Source: Candidatus Magasanikbacteria bacterium GW2011_GWA2_56_11
Lineage (GTDB): Bacteria; Patescibacteriota; Patescibacteriia; Magasanikbacterales; UBA922
Length of the DNA: 64,000 bases
Direction: 5' to 3'
Assembly: GCA_001004885.1 (NCBI GenBank)
Contig: LCRX01000009.1
Span: 1,459-65,458 of the forward strand
Position 1 is the stretch's first letter; each line of letters begins with the position of its first letter. The notes beneath the pieces were generated by a model. The model saw only the letters and a program-made list of their open reading frames with translations. It had not been told where the DNA came from and searched no databases. Both the position numbers and the translations under genes were made by a program. Positions 50,610 to 60,193 of the stretch are shown in pieces.

Positions 50610-51590
50610 ATGCCCGCACTCGGTACCCGTACTTTTTATGAATTTCGTCTGCAGATCCCGGCCGACCTTTCCGGCGTGCTTGAGGTAGTAACGCGCGAAT
50701 TGGCGGCCAGCGCACCGGGGAACGGCGCGCCAGAGCTCGCCAAACTGTACCAGTATTTGGAGCCTCTGTACCGGTTGGCAAGCAATCCCTCGCCCCGTCT
50801 GCCGGAAGGGGTCATTGACCAGGCGACAGTCTCCCTGCTCGATGCGGATCTGGCCGACATGGCCTTGGATCCCGATCTTGATCCGGAGCTGGTCATCGCT
50901 CTGTCGGTGGAGATATCATTGGTGGCGGCCGCTACCGGCAATATGAAAGGTATCACGCCGTACACGTTCGAAGAATTTAAGGCCGTGCTTGCCGGCACCG
51001 ACGCAATTTACCACGATATTATTTTTGTCCACACGCTGCGGAGTCTTATCGGCGGACCGGGCAATCAGGAATACGCCGCGCATATTCTCAAAGCCCTGCC
51101 CGGCAAAACCAGCCGGGAGGATAACTATGCCGGCTATTTCTGGGATTCGGCTTTGGTATTCTCCCTGCTGCTCCAGGCCGCCTGGAGGTTTTTTCCGAGC
51201 CTGCCTTCGGTATCCCAGCAATACTTGCTGCAAAATTATTTTTATCAGGCGCTCGCGTCCGGCGTGCCGGTTCGGTACTGGCTTGGGGCCGCTCTCGACC
51301 GCGGGCCGGTGGGTGGCAGCCGCACGCTCAGCAATTTTTTCGTGCAGGCCGTAACCGGCAGCCGCGAAGAAGTGGTGCTCAACCCCATAGCCGGCGAAGG
51401 ACGTAATTTGACCGAGTTTGTCCGGGGGTATTTTCGCGGGCTAACCGCCAATGAACTGCCGGCCATAGCCCAGGAAAAATACCTCAACTCTTTTTATGCC
51501 GATCCAGAGCTTAGAGAAGCGTTCGGACCGTGGGCCAGAGAACTCTTGACCATAATGGTGCTCCTGAAGGATGGCGCGATAAAGATTTAG
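50610..51590 (+). CDS. hypothetical protein, paralogue of the 49229 gene
   Basis: See above; starts 5 nt after the previous stop. Confidence 0.6.
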   Translation: MPALGTRTFYEFRLQIPADLSGVLEVVTRELAASAPGNGAPELAKLYQYLEPLYRLASNPSPRLPEGVIDQATVSLLDADLADMALDPDLDPELVIALSVEISLVAAATGNMKGITPYTFEEFKAVLAGTDAIYHDIIFVHTLRSLIGGPGNQEYAAHILKALPGKTSREDNYAGYFWDSALVFSLLLQAAWRFFPSLPSVSQQYLLQNYFYQALASGVPVRYWLGAALDRGPVGGSRTLSNFFVQAVTGSREEVVLNPIAGEGRNLTEFVRGYFRGLTANELPAIAQEKYLNSFYADPELREAFGPWARELLTIMVLLKDGAIKI

Positions 51591-51604
51591 CGCTTTTTTA
51601 GCTT

Positions 51605-52699
51605 ATGTCTGCCACCCCTACTATACTGGTAAAAAAAGCCGATGGCAGCACCGTCCGGATGACGCTCGCTGAGGCCAAAAAGCTCAGCCAGCCAAAAAAT
51701 CCACCCTCGTCTCTGCCGGCGGCTGCAGCGCCCTCCGCGTCGGAGGACGCCGGACCGGACCGGCTTTTGCCTTTGGCCACACCGGCAGCGGCCAGCCAGC
51801 CGGCGCCTAGCCGGGATAAGCCTCTTTTGGAGCACGAGATCCAAGATCACGAGGTGCCCCATCGGGATATTACCGGCGCGCCCGACTACGAGGCCGCGGT
51901 CGCGCGAATTGTGGCTGTGTCCGGAGCGGTCGTGCCTGCCGAGTTGCGGACCAGAGCGCGGTCGCTTATCGTGTCGGCCCTCAAGGGTATTCGCGATCAG
52001 GAACAATTCCAGGCGTACGCGCGGCAGGCGCCAAATGACGGCGGTTTGGGCTGGACCCCGGAGACTATCCGGGCTGTCTGGTCGCGTATCGAAGGCGAGC
52101 GGGCCAACGCGTCCCGGCTTCCGCTGCCGGCCGTAACCCAGAGTCTCTCTACCACTACCCCGGTGAAAGCTATTTTTCTTGACGAAGCGCGGGCCCAGGC
52201 CTCGGCAGCGTCTTTTTCCCGGCCGCCGCAGCCGGCGGGAGAGAATCCTCGGCCGGAGTTTGTCCGGCCGGCGCCGGCAGGTGGCCTGCCCATTCCGCCC
52301 CCGGCGGCCAGGCCGGGCATGGCCCTGTCCCGTCCGGTACTCCATGACGTGGCGCCGGCCAGAGAAGCCAGGAATTCTCCGGTGACCGGGCCGATAGAGG
52401 AGATACAGACTTTCTCGCTCAAGGACTGGCGCCGTTTGGGAGCCACGCCACGCGCGGCGCGCGAGGCTCTTTTTGCCAAATTTAGCGGCTGGAAAGAAGA
52501 ATCATTGCTCCTGTTTTTGGACATACGCTCGGCCTGGCGCGAGAGTCCGCTGGTGCGCGAGTACCGGTCTCTCGCGGCCGAGGCGGTGAACTCCGGCCGG
52601 ACGATGCGGGAGGCGGCCGGCTCTCAGCCGGCCAAAGACAGGCTGACTGACGCGGATATTATGGAGATCGTTGAACTCAATAGCAGTTTAAGGGTATAA
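51605..52699 (+). CDS. hypothetical Pro/Ala-rich protein
   Basis: 364 aa ORF in the same operon-like array. Confidence 0.55.
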   Translation: MSATPTILVKKADGSTVRMTLAEAKKLSQPKNPPSSLPAAAAPSASEDAGPDRLLPLATPAAASQPAPSRDKPLLEHEIQDHEVPHRDITGAPDYEAAVARIVAVSGAVVPAELRTRARSLIVSALKGIRDQEQFQAYARQAPNDGGLGWTPETIRAVWSRIEGERANASRLPLPAVTQSLSTTTPVKAIFLDEARAQASAASFSRPPQPAGENPRPEFVRPAPAGGLPIPPPAARPGMALSRPVLHDVAPAREARNSPVTGPIEEIQTFSLKDWRRLGATPRAAREALFAKFSGWKEESLLLFLDIRSAWRESPLVREYRSLAAEAVNSGRTMREAAGSQPAKDRLTDADIMEIVELNSSLRV

Positions 52700-52711
52700 T
52701 ACCGGAGGCGG

Positions 52712-52868
52712 AGAACTCACAGCGAGTCCCCATTTTCGCCTCAAACATAGACTGATTTTCGCGGCCCCAAAACTCGCTCTTACAGGCTCAGACATTGGTG
52801 CCGCGAAAATCAGTCTATGTTTCGGCTCGACTTAGAAAATAGAATTGCTGATAACTCACTGTCAGTTC
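52712..52868 (+). repeat. family A repeat copy A4
   Basis: Near-identical to A3 and A5. Confidence 0.65.
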
Positions 52869-52901
52869 ACTATTTAAAGATTTTATTTCCCAAAAAGTTT
52901 A

Positions 52902-53336
52902 ATGCAGCAGTTCGTAGTGCCGCAATTTATCGAAGTGGAGGACAAAATTTTCGGGCCGATCACGACCCGGCAATTTTTAATATTACTCGTGGGCGGGATA
53001 CTGGTTTTTTTGGCCTACCGGTACGCCGATCTGGCGCTGTTTATTTTTACCTTGGCTTTCATCGGCGGGGCCTCGCTGGTTCTGGCGTTCGTGAAGGTGA
53101 ACGGCCAGACATTCCATTACTTTATGCTCAATATCGCGCAGACTTTGCGCAAGCCGTCCCTGCGCGTGTGGCATAAAAGCTTTACCAAGGAGCAGCTCCA
53201 ACACTGGCGCCAAAGCGATCTGGCGCCGGAATCCGCGTCCGCGGCCGCCGCTGTGCCGGTCCGGCGGGAGAGAATCCGCGATCTGGCGCTCCTCGTGAAC
53301 ACCGGGGGATTTTACCGTCCCGACGACAGCGTTTAA
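52902..53336 (+). CDS. PrgI-like (VirB3-analogue) small membrane protein
   Basis: FIEVEDKIFGPITTRQFLILLVGGILVFLAY resembles the PrgI-family signature; two TM segments. Confidence 0.6.
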   Translation: MQQFVVPQFIEVEDKIFGPITTRQFLILLVGGILVFLAYRYADLALFIFTLAFIGGASLVLAFVKVNGQTFHYFMLNIAQTLRKPSLRVWHKSFTKEQLQHWRQSDLAPESASAAAAVPVRRERIRDLALLVNTGGFYRPDDSV

Positions 53337-53355
53337 CGGGACACGAATAAACCTT

Positions 53356-54048
53356 ATGCCGGACGACAAACTCAAAAAAAAGCCAAAACCCAAGCACCCC
53401 GCTACTCAGGCGCACCTGCCGGTGGCCGAAATCAAGGACGGCGTGGTGGTGCTCCGGGACGGCACCATGCGCGCGGTGCTGTTGGTGTCGAGCATCAATT
53501 TTTCTCTCAAGTCCGAAGACGAACAAAACGCGATCATTTCCTCTTATGTCGGCTTTCTGAATTCTCTCGATTTTCCGATTCAAATCGTCGTGCAGTCCCG
53601 CCGCTTGCAGATACGCCCCTACCTGGACCGGCTGATAAAAATGGAAAGGGAACAGGTGAACGAGCTTTTGCGGATCCAGACCGCGGATTATCGTTCGTTT
53701 GTCGAAGAGCTGGTGCAGATCGGGCAGATAATGACCAAGCGGTATTACGTTATCGTGCCTTATGATCCCCTGAGCAACAAGCGCAAAAGTTTTTGGTCCC
53801 GGTTCAAGGAAGTGGTCAAACCGGCGCTTAGCGTGCGGCTGAAAGAAGAAAGGTTCAAACAGCGCCAAGAAGATATCGCCTTGCGCGTGCGCCATATCGT
53901 GAGCGGTCTGTCGAGCATCGGGCTTTCGGCGGTTGAGCTCGACACGCAGGCATTGATAGAATTGTTTTATTCCACCTATAATCCGGATACCGCGTTCGCG
54001 GAGACGCTCAGCAACGTGGAAGATATCCGCCTGGAACAGGCCGCCTAA
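53356..54048 (+). CDS. VirB4-family conjugative ATPase, N-terminal segment, separated from the rest by a stop plus a frame change
   Basis: DGVVVLRDGTMRAVLLVSSINFSLKSEDEQNAIISSYVGFLNSL typical of Gram-positive-type VirB4 N-termini. Confidence 0.6.
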   Translation: MPDDKLKKKPKPKHPATQAHLPVAEIKDGVVVLRDGTMRAVLLVSSINFSLKSEDEQNAIISSYVGFLNSLDFPIQIVVQSRRLQIRPYLDRLIKMEREQVNELLRIQTADYRSFVEELVQIGQIMTKRYYVIVPYDPLSNKRKSFWSRFKEVVKPALSVRLKEERFKQRQEDIALRVRHIVSGLSSIGLSAVELDTQALIELFYSTYNPDTAFAETLSNVEDIRLEQAA

Positions 54049-54052
54049 TTTT

Positions 54053-55918
54053 ATGCCCTTCAAGCCCATAGCTACCAAATCCGGCTCCGGCCTGTCTCCG
54101 GGCAAAAACGCCGACGAGAAAATAAAACTCCAGGAGGAACTTATCACCCTGGAGGAGGAGAGGCTGTACCGCGAAGGCACGGTCGCCATCCGCGATTTGA
54201 TCGCTCCCGCCGCGTTCCGCGTCGAGTCAAGTTTCATCCAGCTCGGGACCACTTATCTCCGGACGCTGTTTGTGGTTACTTATCCGCGTTACATTTCGGT
54301 GGGGTGGAGCGCGCCGATTCTAAACCTCAACTTGACGATGGATATCAGCATGTTTTTTTACCCGGTGAATTCGGCTATTATCCTAAAACAGCTCAAGAAA
54401 AAAGTCGGCGCCCTGGAGGCCCAGCTGTCGGCCGACGCGGAAAAGGGCGCGGCCCGCGATCCGTTGCGGGAGACGGCGTTGCGCGACATCGAGCAGCTGC
54501 GCGACGACCTGACCCAGGGAGTGGAACATTTTTTTCAGTTCGCGTTTTACGTTACCATCTACAGCCAGGATCAAAAAGACCTGGACAAGCTGACCGAAGA
54601 TATTGAGAATATTTTTGGCTCCCGGCTTATTTACAGCAAGAACGTCTTGTACCAGGCGGAGCAAGGTTTCACTTCCACCCTGCCTCTTTGCGTGGACGAG
54701 CTGGCGATTTGTTTCAACATGAACTCATCGCCCATCGCCGCCTCGTTCCCCTTCATCTCTTCCGAGCTGACGAGCGACGACGGGATACTGTACGGCATTA
54801 ATCGGCACAACAATAGCCTGGTTCTGTTTGACCGGTTTTCCCTGCAGAACGCCAATATGGTCGTTTTCGCCACCTCCGGCGCCGGCAAGTCTTACGCGGT
54901 CAAGCTGGAAGTGCTGCGCAGCCTGATGATGGGCACAGAGGTAATCATCATTGACCCCGAGATGGAGTACCTGCATCTTACCGAGGCCGTCGGGGGTACT
55001 TACATAAATATTTCTCTCTCTTCGGACAGCAAGGTAAACCCCTTCGATTTGCCCCGCCCGGTCGGCCAGCAGATCTCCACCGAGGACATCATCCGCAGCG
55101 CGGTGATTACGGCCAAAGGACTGCTGCGGATAATGTTCGGGACGATAACCGCGCAGGAGGACTCTATCTTGGATCGGGCGCTCCTCGAAACCTACGCCAA
55201 AAAGGACATTACGCCGGCGGCGGACTTGACCGCGGTCGAGCCGCCCATAATGCAGGATCTTTTGGATATCCTCGAAGGCATGCAAGGGGCGGAGCAGCTG
55301 GTTTTGAAACTGCGCAAATATACCGAAGGGACGTTCTCCGGCCTGTTCAATTCCCCGACCAATGTTAACGTGGTCAACCAGCTGGTGGTATTCAGCGTGC
55401 GCGACCTCGAGGACGAGCTCCGGCCGATGGCTATCTATTCCCTGGTTAACTATATCTGGAACATCGTCCGGTCCGAGCAGAAGAAGCGGATACTTATCAT
55501 TGACGAAGCCTGGTGGCTCATGGCGCACGAGGACAGCGCCAAATTCATTTACGCGCTGGTCAAACGCTGCCGCAAGTATTATCTCGGCGTGTCGACGATT
55601 ACCCAGGACGTAAACGACTTTTTGCGCTCGCCCTACGGGCAGGCGATCGTAACGAACTCCGCGCTCCAGCTCCTTTTGCGCCAGTCGCCGGCGGCGGTCG
55701 ACACGGTGCAGCGCGTTTTTATGCTGACCGAAGGAGAAAAGTATCTGCTTTTGGAAAGCGGCGTGGGCGAGGGCATATTTTTTGCCGGCAACAAACACGC
55801 GGCCATAAAGGTAGTCGCCTCCTACACCGAGGACCAGCTTATAACCTCCGACCCCAAGCAGCTTTTGGAAATTGAAAAGGCCAAACGGGAATTCGGGGGA
55901 CAGGCCGACCGATCCTGA
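54053..55918 (+). CDS. VirB4/TrbE/CagE-family T4SS ATPase, core and C-terminal part
   Basis: Walker A ATSGAGKSY, Walker B ILIIDEAWWL, and the YLRTLFVVTYPRY segment. Confidence 0.85.
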   Translation: MPFKPIATKSGSGLSPGKNADEKIKLQEELITLEEERLYREGTVAIRDLIAPAAFRVESSFIQLGTTYLRTLFVVTYPRYISVGWSAPILNLNLTMDISMFFYPVNSAIILKQLKKKVGALEAQLSADAEKGAARDPLRETALRDIEQLRDDLTQGVEHFFQFAFYVTIYSQDQKDLDKLTEDIENIFGSRLIYSKNVLYQAEQGFTSTLPLCVDELAICFNMNSSPIAASFPFISSELTSDDGILYGINRHNNSLVLFDRFSLQNANMVVFATSGAGKSYAVKLEVLRSLMMGTEVIIIDPEMEYLHLTEAVGGTYINISLSSDSKVNPFDLPRPVGQQISTEDIIRSAVITAKGLLRIMFGTITAQEDSILDRALLETYAKKDITPAADLTAVEPPIMQDLLDILEGMQGAEQLVLKLRKYTEGTFSGLFNSPTNVNVVNQLVVFSVRDLEDELRPMAIYSLVNYIWNIVRSEQKKRILIIDEAWWLMAHEDSAKFIYALVKRCRKYYLGVSTITQDVNDFLRSPYGQAIVTNSALQLLLRQSPAAVDTVQRVFMLTEGEKYLLLESGVGEGIFFAGNKHAAIKVVASYTEDQLITSDPKQLLEIEKAKREFGGQADRS

Positions 55919-55978
55919 GGGCAGCGGCGCCGGCTAAACCGGCGGCTTGAATCAGTTATCACCTAAATCTTTCTTGCT

Positions 55979-56581
55979 ATGCTGACTTTGCGCCAAAGAA
56001 TTTTTGCCGCCGCCAGTATCGTGGTGGCCTTGTTACTGGCGGTTATCTTGTATATGATTTATTTCCGGCGTCCGTCGGCGCCCGCTAATGACCGGAGGCC
56101 ATCGGGTTCTCCGTCGGCCGCGCTGCCCCAGCCGTCGGCCGCTGCCACGCAGAGGTACAGTGGGACGCAGCCTTTGCCTTCCGGCGGGTCCCGATCCGGG
56201 GTAATTTCCGAAGACGTTTATTTGCGCCAGTTGGCGAAAATTTTTGTGGAGCGCTTCTGGAGTTTTTCCAACCAAAACGGCAATCGGCACATTGCCGATA
56301 GCTTGGAGCTGGCCACGCCGAGCATGCAGGCTTGGATGAAAAGCCGCGCGGACGACGGCGCCGGCCTGTACGAGGGGGTAACGACAGAAATTCTGCGGGC
56401 TGAGGTCGTTTCCAAAGAAGGGGACAAAGCGGTCGTCGAGATCGGCGCCCAGCAAGAAATCAGTCAAAGAACTTCTACCACGACACCGACCGAAACCACT
56501 GTCGAAACCCGAACCGGACGGGTGGAATTGGAGCGGGTGGACGGCGAGTGGAAAGTAGATGCCTTGTACTGGGATAAATAA
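55979..56581 (+). CDS. N-terminally membrane-anchored protein, possibly a VirB8-like T4SS component
   Basis: A single N-terminal TM helix followed by a soluble domain of about 130 aa; the assignment is based on position and topology only. Confidence 0.45.
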   Translation: MLTLRQRIFAAASIVVALLLAVILYMIYFRRPSAPANDRRPSGSPSAALPQPSAAATQRYSGTQPLPSGGSRSGVISEDVYLRQLAKIFVERFWSFSNQNGNRHIADSLELATPSMQAWMKSRADDGAGLYEGVTTEILRAEVVSKEGDKAVVEIGAQQEISQRTSTTTPTETTVETRTGRVELERVDGEWKVDALYWDK

Positions 56582-56635
56582 CGGCCCCGGTCCGGTTTTC
56601 GCCGCCTAGTACCGCCGACTCTTGGCCGCGTAGTT

Positions 56636-56793
56636 GAGCTCACAGCGAGTTTCCCCCTTTTCGCCTCAAACATAGACTGGTTTTCGCGGCCCCAAAACTC
56701 GCTCTTACAGGCTCAGACATTGGTGCCGCGAAAATCAGTCTATGTTGCGGCTCGACTTAGAAAATAGAATCGCTAATAACTCACTATCAGTTC
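56636..56793 (+). repeat. family A repeat copy A5
   Basis: Near-identical to A3 and A4. Confidence 0.65.
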
Positions 56794-56845
56794 GTTGTAA
56801 TTGTACACAAAATTGGCGGCGGATTTTTTCAAATATTGGTCTGGT

Positions 56846-57562
56846 ATGACGATAAGGAGGGGGATCAGTCAGGCAGGCGTCTGGCTGGCCGAAGTTTTAT
56901 TTCCGCTCTTCTGCCTCAAGTGCGGGGCAGAAGGATCGATCCTGTGTTCCGTTTGCCGGGCGGCGCTCTCTCCCCCCGGCTTTTTTGCCTGCCCGCTCTG
57001 CCACCGGCCGCGGGCAGGGGGCAGAGCCTGCCGGCGCTGCCGGTCCGATTCGGCGCTTGACAGCCACTCGGCCCTGGCCGCGTACCGCGAGGACGATATC
57101 TGGGGACGGCTGATCCGGACCTGCAAGTATCAGTACGTGTCCCAGGCGGTTTTGGCTCTGGATCCGGCTATCGCCGCCTTTTGTCGGGCCAATCCATTTT
57201 TTTTCGGTTTCGGCCAGCCAGTCGTTATTCCGGTGCCATTACACCCCTGCCGGGAGGCCGAACGCGGTTTTAACCAGGCGAGCCTGGTAGCGCTGTCTCT
57301 GGCGGCGGCGCTCGGACTGCGCGTGGCGCCGCTTTTGGCCCGCCCAGCCTGGACGCGCCAACAAGCAAAACTCGGCCGCGGGGAGCGCGAACGCAATGTG
57401 CGGGGAGCTTTTTCGCTTGCCCGCGGCGTCTCGGAGGCGCCGCGGGCGGTTATTTTGGCCGATGATGTGTACACTACCGGCAGCACGATGCAGGAATGCG
57501 CCCGGGTCTTGAAAGCGGCCGGGGCCGGATGGGTAACCGGGTTTACCCTGGCCAGGGGATAG
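56846..57562 (+). CDS. comF: ComF-family phosphoribosyltransferase-domain competence protein
   Basis: N-terminal CxxC zinc finger; C-terminal PRTase motif VILADDVYTTGST. Confidence 0.75.
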   Translation: MTIRRGISQAGVWLAEVLFPLFCLKCGAEGSILCSVCRAALSPPGFFACPLCHRPRAGGRACRRCRSDSALDSHSALAAYREDDIWGRLIRTCKYQYVSQAVLALDPAIAAFCRANPFFFGFGQPVVIPVPLHPCREAERGFNQASLVALSLAAALGLRVAPLLARPAWTRQQAKLGRGERERNVRGAFSLARGVSEAPRAVILADDVYTTGSTMQECARVLKAAGAGWVTGFTLARG

Positions 57563-57607
57563 CCGGGCCGGCCAGAGCCGGCACTGACGGCGCTGTAGGA
57601 GCCGCGG

Positions 57608-57883
57608 TTAGCCGAACAAGTGTTTTATTTTTACGAGCTCATCGAGCAGCGAGCGGAGTTTCTCTTCCGCCTCTTTGTCGGCCGAAGGCATGGCATGGAA
57701 TTCCACCAGTTTGTTCAGGAACAGGTGGTAGATGTCGTTATAGTAATTGGCGAGGACGACGTCTTTTTCTTGGGCCGTTAGCTCGCGGTCGCGGATGAGG
57801 CGCGCGGCCGATGCGAGGGGGCCGTCGCCTACGACAAACTGGACCGTTTTTTCCCTCACGGTAGACGTGTAAGAAGAATACAT
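57608..57883 (-). CDS. hypothetical small protein downstream of radC
   Basis: ORF starting 11 nt after the radC stop; the start is uncertain. Confidence 0.35.
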   Translation of the reverse strand: MYSSYTSTVREKTVQFVVGDGPLASAARLIRDRELTAQEKDVVLANYYNDIYHLFLNKLVEFHAMPSADKEAEEKLRSLLDELVKIKHLFG

Positions 57884-57893
57884 ACGATACGGT

Positions 57894-58640
57894 CTAACCG
57901 TAATCCACTTCGATGCTGGAAAATTTGCCCGCGCCGACGATGATGTGGTCAACGAGATGGATACCCACCATATTGCCCACGGCTACGAGCTGCCTGGTAA
58001 CGTCAATATCGGCCTGGCTGGGTTTGACGACGCCCGAAGGATGATTGTGGACCAGAATAACGGCCGCGGCGCCGTATTCAATCGCCGGTTTAAAGACTTC
58101 GCGCGGGTGGATGAGGTTGGCGTTGATGGTGCCGATAGAAATCACCTCGTCGTGAATCACGCGGTGGTGGGAGTTGAGGTAAATGCCGCGCAAATGCTCT
58201 TTGGGCAGGCGCGCCATCTCGGCCGCGTAGCGATAGACGTCTTTGGCCGTGCGCAACAGGGCCGGTCCGGTCGCTTTGCGCTCGTAAAAACGCCGGCCAA
58301 GTTCGCCCACGGCGACAATCTGGGCCGCTTTGACGAGCGGGATATCCAGGTCGCGGGCCAGGCTGGCGGCGTTTTTCTGGACCGACAGCGCCCGTTCGCC
58401 GTATTCTTTCACGACGCGAGAAGCCATGTTGAGGACGTCCTCTTTGACAGTGCCGGTGTTGATGATTACCGCCAGGAGCTCGTGCACCGAAAGATTTTCC
58501 GGGCCGTATTTGATAAGTTTCTCCCGGGGTTTGTCGTCGCCGGGCAGGTCCCTGATCTTAAGGACGTATGTTCGGCCCGGCTGGGGCCGCTCCTGCTCCA
58601 GCACAACCACGGCGGAGTCCCGCAGGGCGTAGGCTTGCAT
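57894..58640 (-). CDS. radC: RadC-family JAMM/MPN protein
   Basis: HhH N-terminus; HNHPSG...PSQADI JAMM motif. Confidence 0.85.
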   Translation of the reverse strand: MQAYALRDSAVVVLEQERPQPGRTYVLKIRDLPGDDKPREKLIKYGPENLSVHELLAVIINTGTVKEDVLNMASRVVKEYGERALSVQKNAASLARDLDIPLVKAAQIVAVGELGRRFYERKATGPALLRTAKDVYRYAAEMARLPKEHLRGIYLNSHHRVIHDEVISIGTINANLIHPREVFKPAIEYGAAAVILVHNHPSGVVKPSQADIDVTRQLVAVGNMVGIHLVDHIIVGAGKFSSIEVDYG

Positions 58641-58809
58641 AGAAGACGATTACGGGTGAATAAGAAGTGCGCTCTCTGAATACAATAGTATCCCAATTAG
58701 CCGGGTTATGCAATACAAAGAAGGCGGGACAGGCCTTGGCAAGGCCGGCGATTTTTGGACCTTAATAGCGATACTTTTATAGCGTATCCTCCACTTATTG
58801 CTTTTTGTC

Positions 58810-59385
58810 TTAACTAAAAACCCTGACAAGTTCTTCGTACAACCCTCTAAGCTGGTCTTCAGTTATATGCTCTCTCATTGGCAATAGACCTTCATTGCCA
58901 TTCAAAAATCTGGGCGTACCATCGGTTGGCAAAATTGCTTCGTCATCTTCGTGATGTTCTCGCAGATTATAGCTTGATAAATTTTCAACAGGATAGACCA
59001 AAATTTTACCTTGCGCCTCAGGATTAAATTGTCCATAAGTGCCATCGATTTCCCAGGGCTTTTCATCCAGCCTTGCTTCTGTCCAATAATGATACACCGT
59101 TTTATCTCCCCTTTGGGCGTGTCCGTAAACCACCCTGGCGTCAATGCCCCTGCGTCTTAAACCTTCAGCAACGGCAGTAGCCGCATAACCGCAGAGGTTA
59201 GGTTTTGACGGCGGAGCGTAAGGTCTTCTAGCTAACTGTTGGTCAATGATGTTGTCTGACATTGTTTCCAATATTTGAAAAAATAGCGATTTTCTTTCAC
59301 TTTCGCCCATAAATTTTAGCTGTTCTGGCCAGGCCATTTTTTCGCTTTCCACAAAATTTATTCCGGTATCGAATAATCTTCGCAT
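58810..59385 (-). CDS. hypothetical protein on the AT-rich islet; possibly a transglutaminase-like cysteine peptidase fold
   Basis: 191 aa at about 42% GC; CGYAATAVAEGLRRRGIDARVVYGH spacing is suggestive only. Confidence 0.45.
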   Translation of the reverse strand: MRRLFDTGINFVESEKMAWPEQLKFMGESERKSLFFQILETMSDNIIDQQLARRPYAPPSKPNLCGYAATAVAEGLRRRGIDARVVYGHAQRGDKTVYHYWTEARLDEKPWEIDGTYGQFNPEAQGKILVYPVENLSSYNLREHHEDDEAILPTDGTPRFLNGNEGLLPMREHITEDQLRGLYEELVRVFS

Positions 59386-59400
59386 ATTGAGTTTAAAAAT

Positions 59401-59470
59401 GGTAATTAGTGGGATTCGTAACCAAGCGGTATTGTACCATGTGCTTGGTTACGAATCCCACTAATTACCA
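59401..59470. repeat. perfect 27-bp inverted repeat with a 16-nt loop
   Basis: ggtaattagtgggattcgtaaccaagc / gcttggttacgaatcccactaattacc. Confidence 0.5.
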
Positions 59471-59516
59471 TTTTTCTTCTTTCCAGTTTCCGAAATCTAA
59501 ACCAACACTATTCCAA

Positions 59517-59773
59517 TCAAAATTTTTGTACTTTTGCATACTCTAAGTGTTTTTTGATAAACGATCTTCCTGAACCAGACTTTAAATATTTTTCGAAATT
59601 AAAGGCTGTATACTTATTTTTAAAAGCAAAATAGGCAATAAGTTCTACTGGCAATCTTTTTACTGTGGCAGGCACTTGGCCTTTTTGATGACGATCAATT
59701 CTTTCTTTCAAATTTGAGGTGCAGCCAGTATATGGCTTTTATCATCACATTCTAAGATATATACATAATACAT
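59517..59773 (-). pseudogene. small GIY-YIG (UPF0213-type) nuclease gene with an apparent 1-nt frame disruption
   Basis: MYYVYILECDDKSH in one frame continues as YTGCTSNLKERIDRHQKG...LPVELIAYFAF in the -1 frame. Confidence 0.55.
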
Positions 59774-59929
59774 AAGCAACCCCTCCTTAATTTGTTTATT
59801 ATAGATATTACTATATCACAACGGCGGACTTTGTCCGCCGAAGCCTGCCCATTGATTTGTCGCGTATACAATGCTGTGAGCTAAAACATTGTACCCGCCT
59901 TCGCTCCTTTCGGAGCTACGGCGGGCGAA

Positions 59930-60018
59930 GGCGGAGAGAGTGGGATTCGAACCCACGAGGGACTTTCATCCCTACCTCGTTAGCAGTGAGGCGCTTTCGG
60001 CCACTCAGCCATCTCTCC
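59930..60018 (-). tRNA. tRNA-Ser (anticodon GCU) with a long variable arm
   Basis: Reverse complement GGAGAGATGGCTGAGTGG...CTGCTAA loop...GTGGGTTCGAATCCCACTCTCTCCG; class II variable arm. Confidence 0.85.
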
Positions 60019-60153
60019 TCAACCGGTTATTAGGGCAGGCTGCCCCGGATACCAGAGATTTCCTTTCCGGTATTCGTTGCCCCGGCCGTTCACCTGATTT
60101 TTCGTCCCCTAATATACTCCAAACGGCGGCCAGCGTCAATAATCAGTCGCGGC

Positions 60154-60183
60154 TTGTGAGGCCGGGCCTTGGTCTGCTATACT
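60154..60183 (+). promoter_or_regulatory. sigma70-like promoter TTGTGA-N18-TATACT upstream of hsp20
   Basis: Hexamers read directly. Confidence 0.35.
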
Positions 60184-60193
60184 ACCCGGTATT

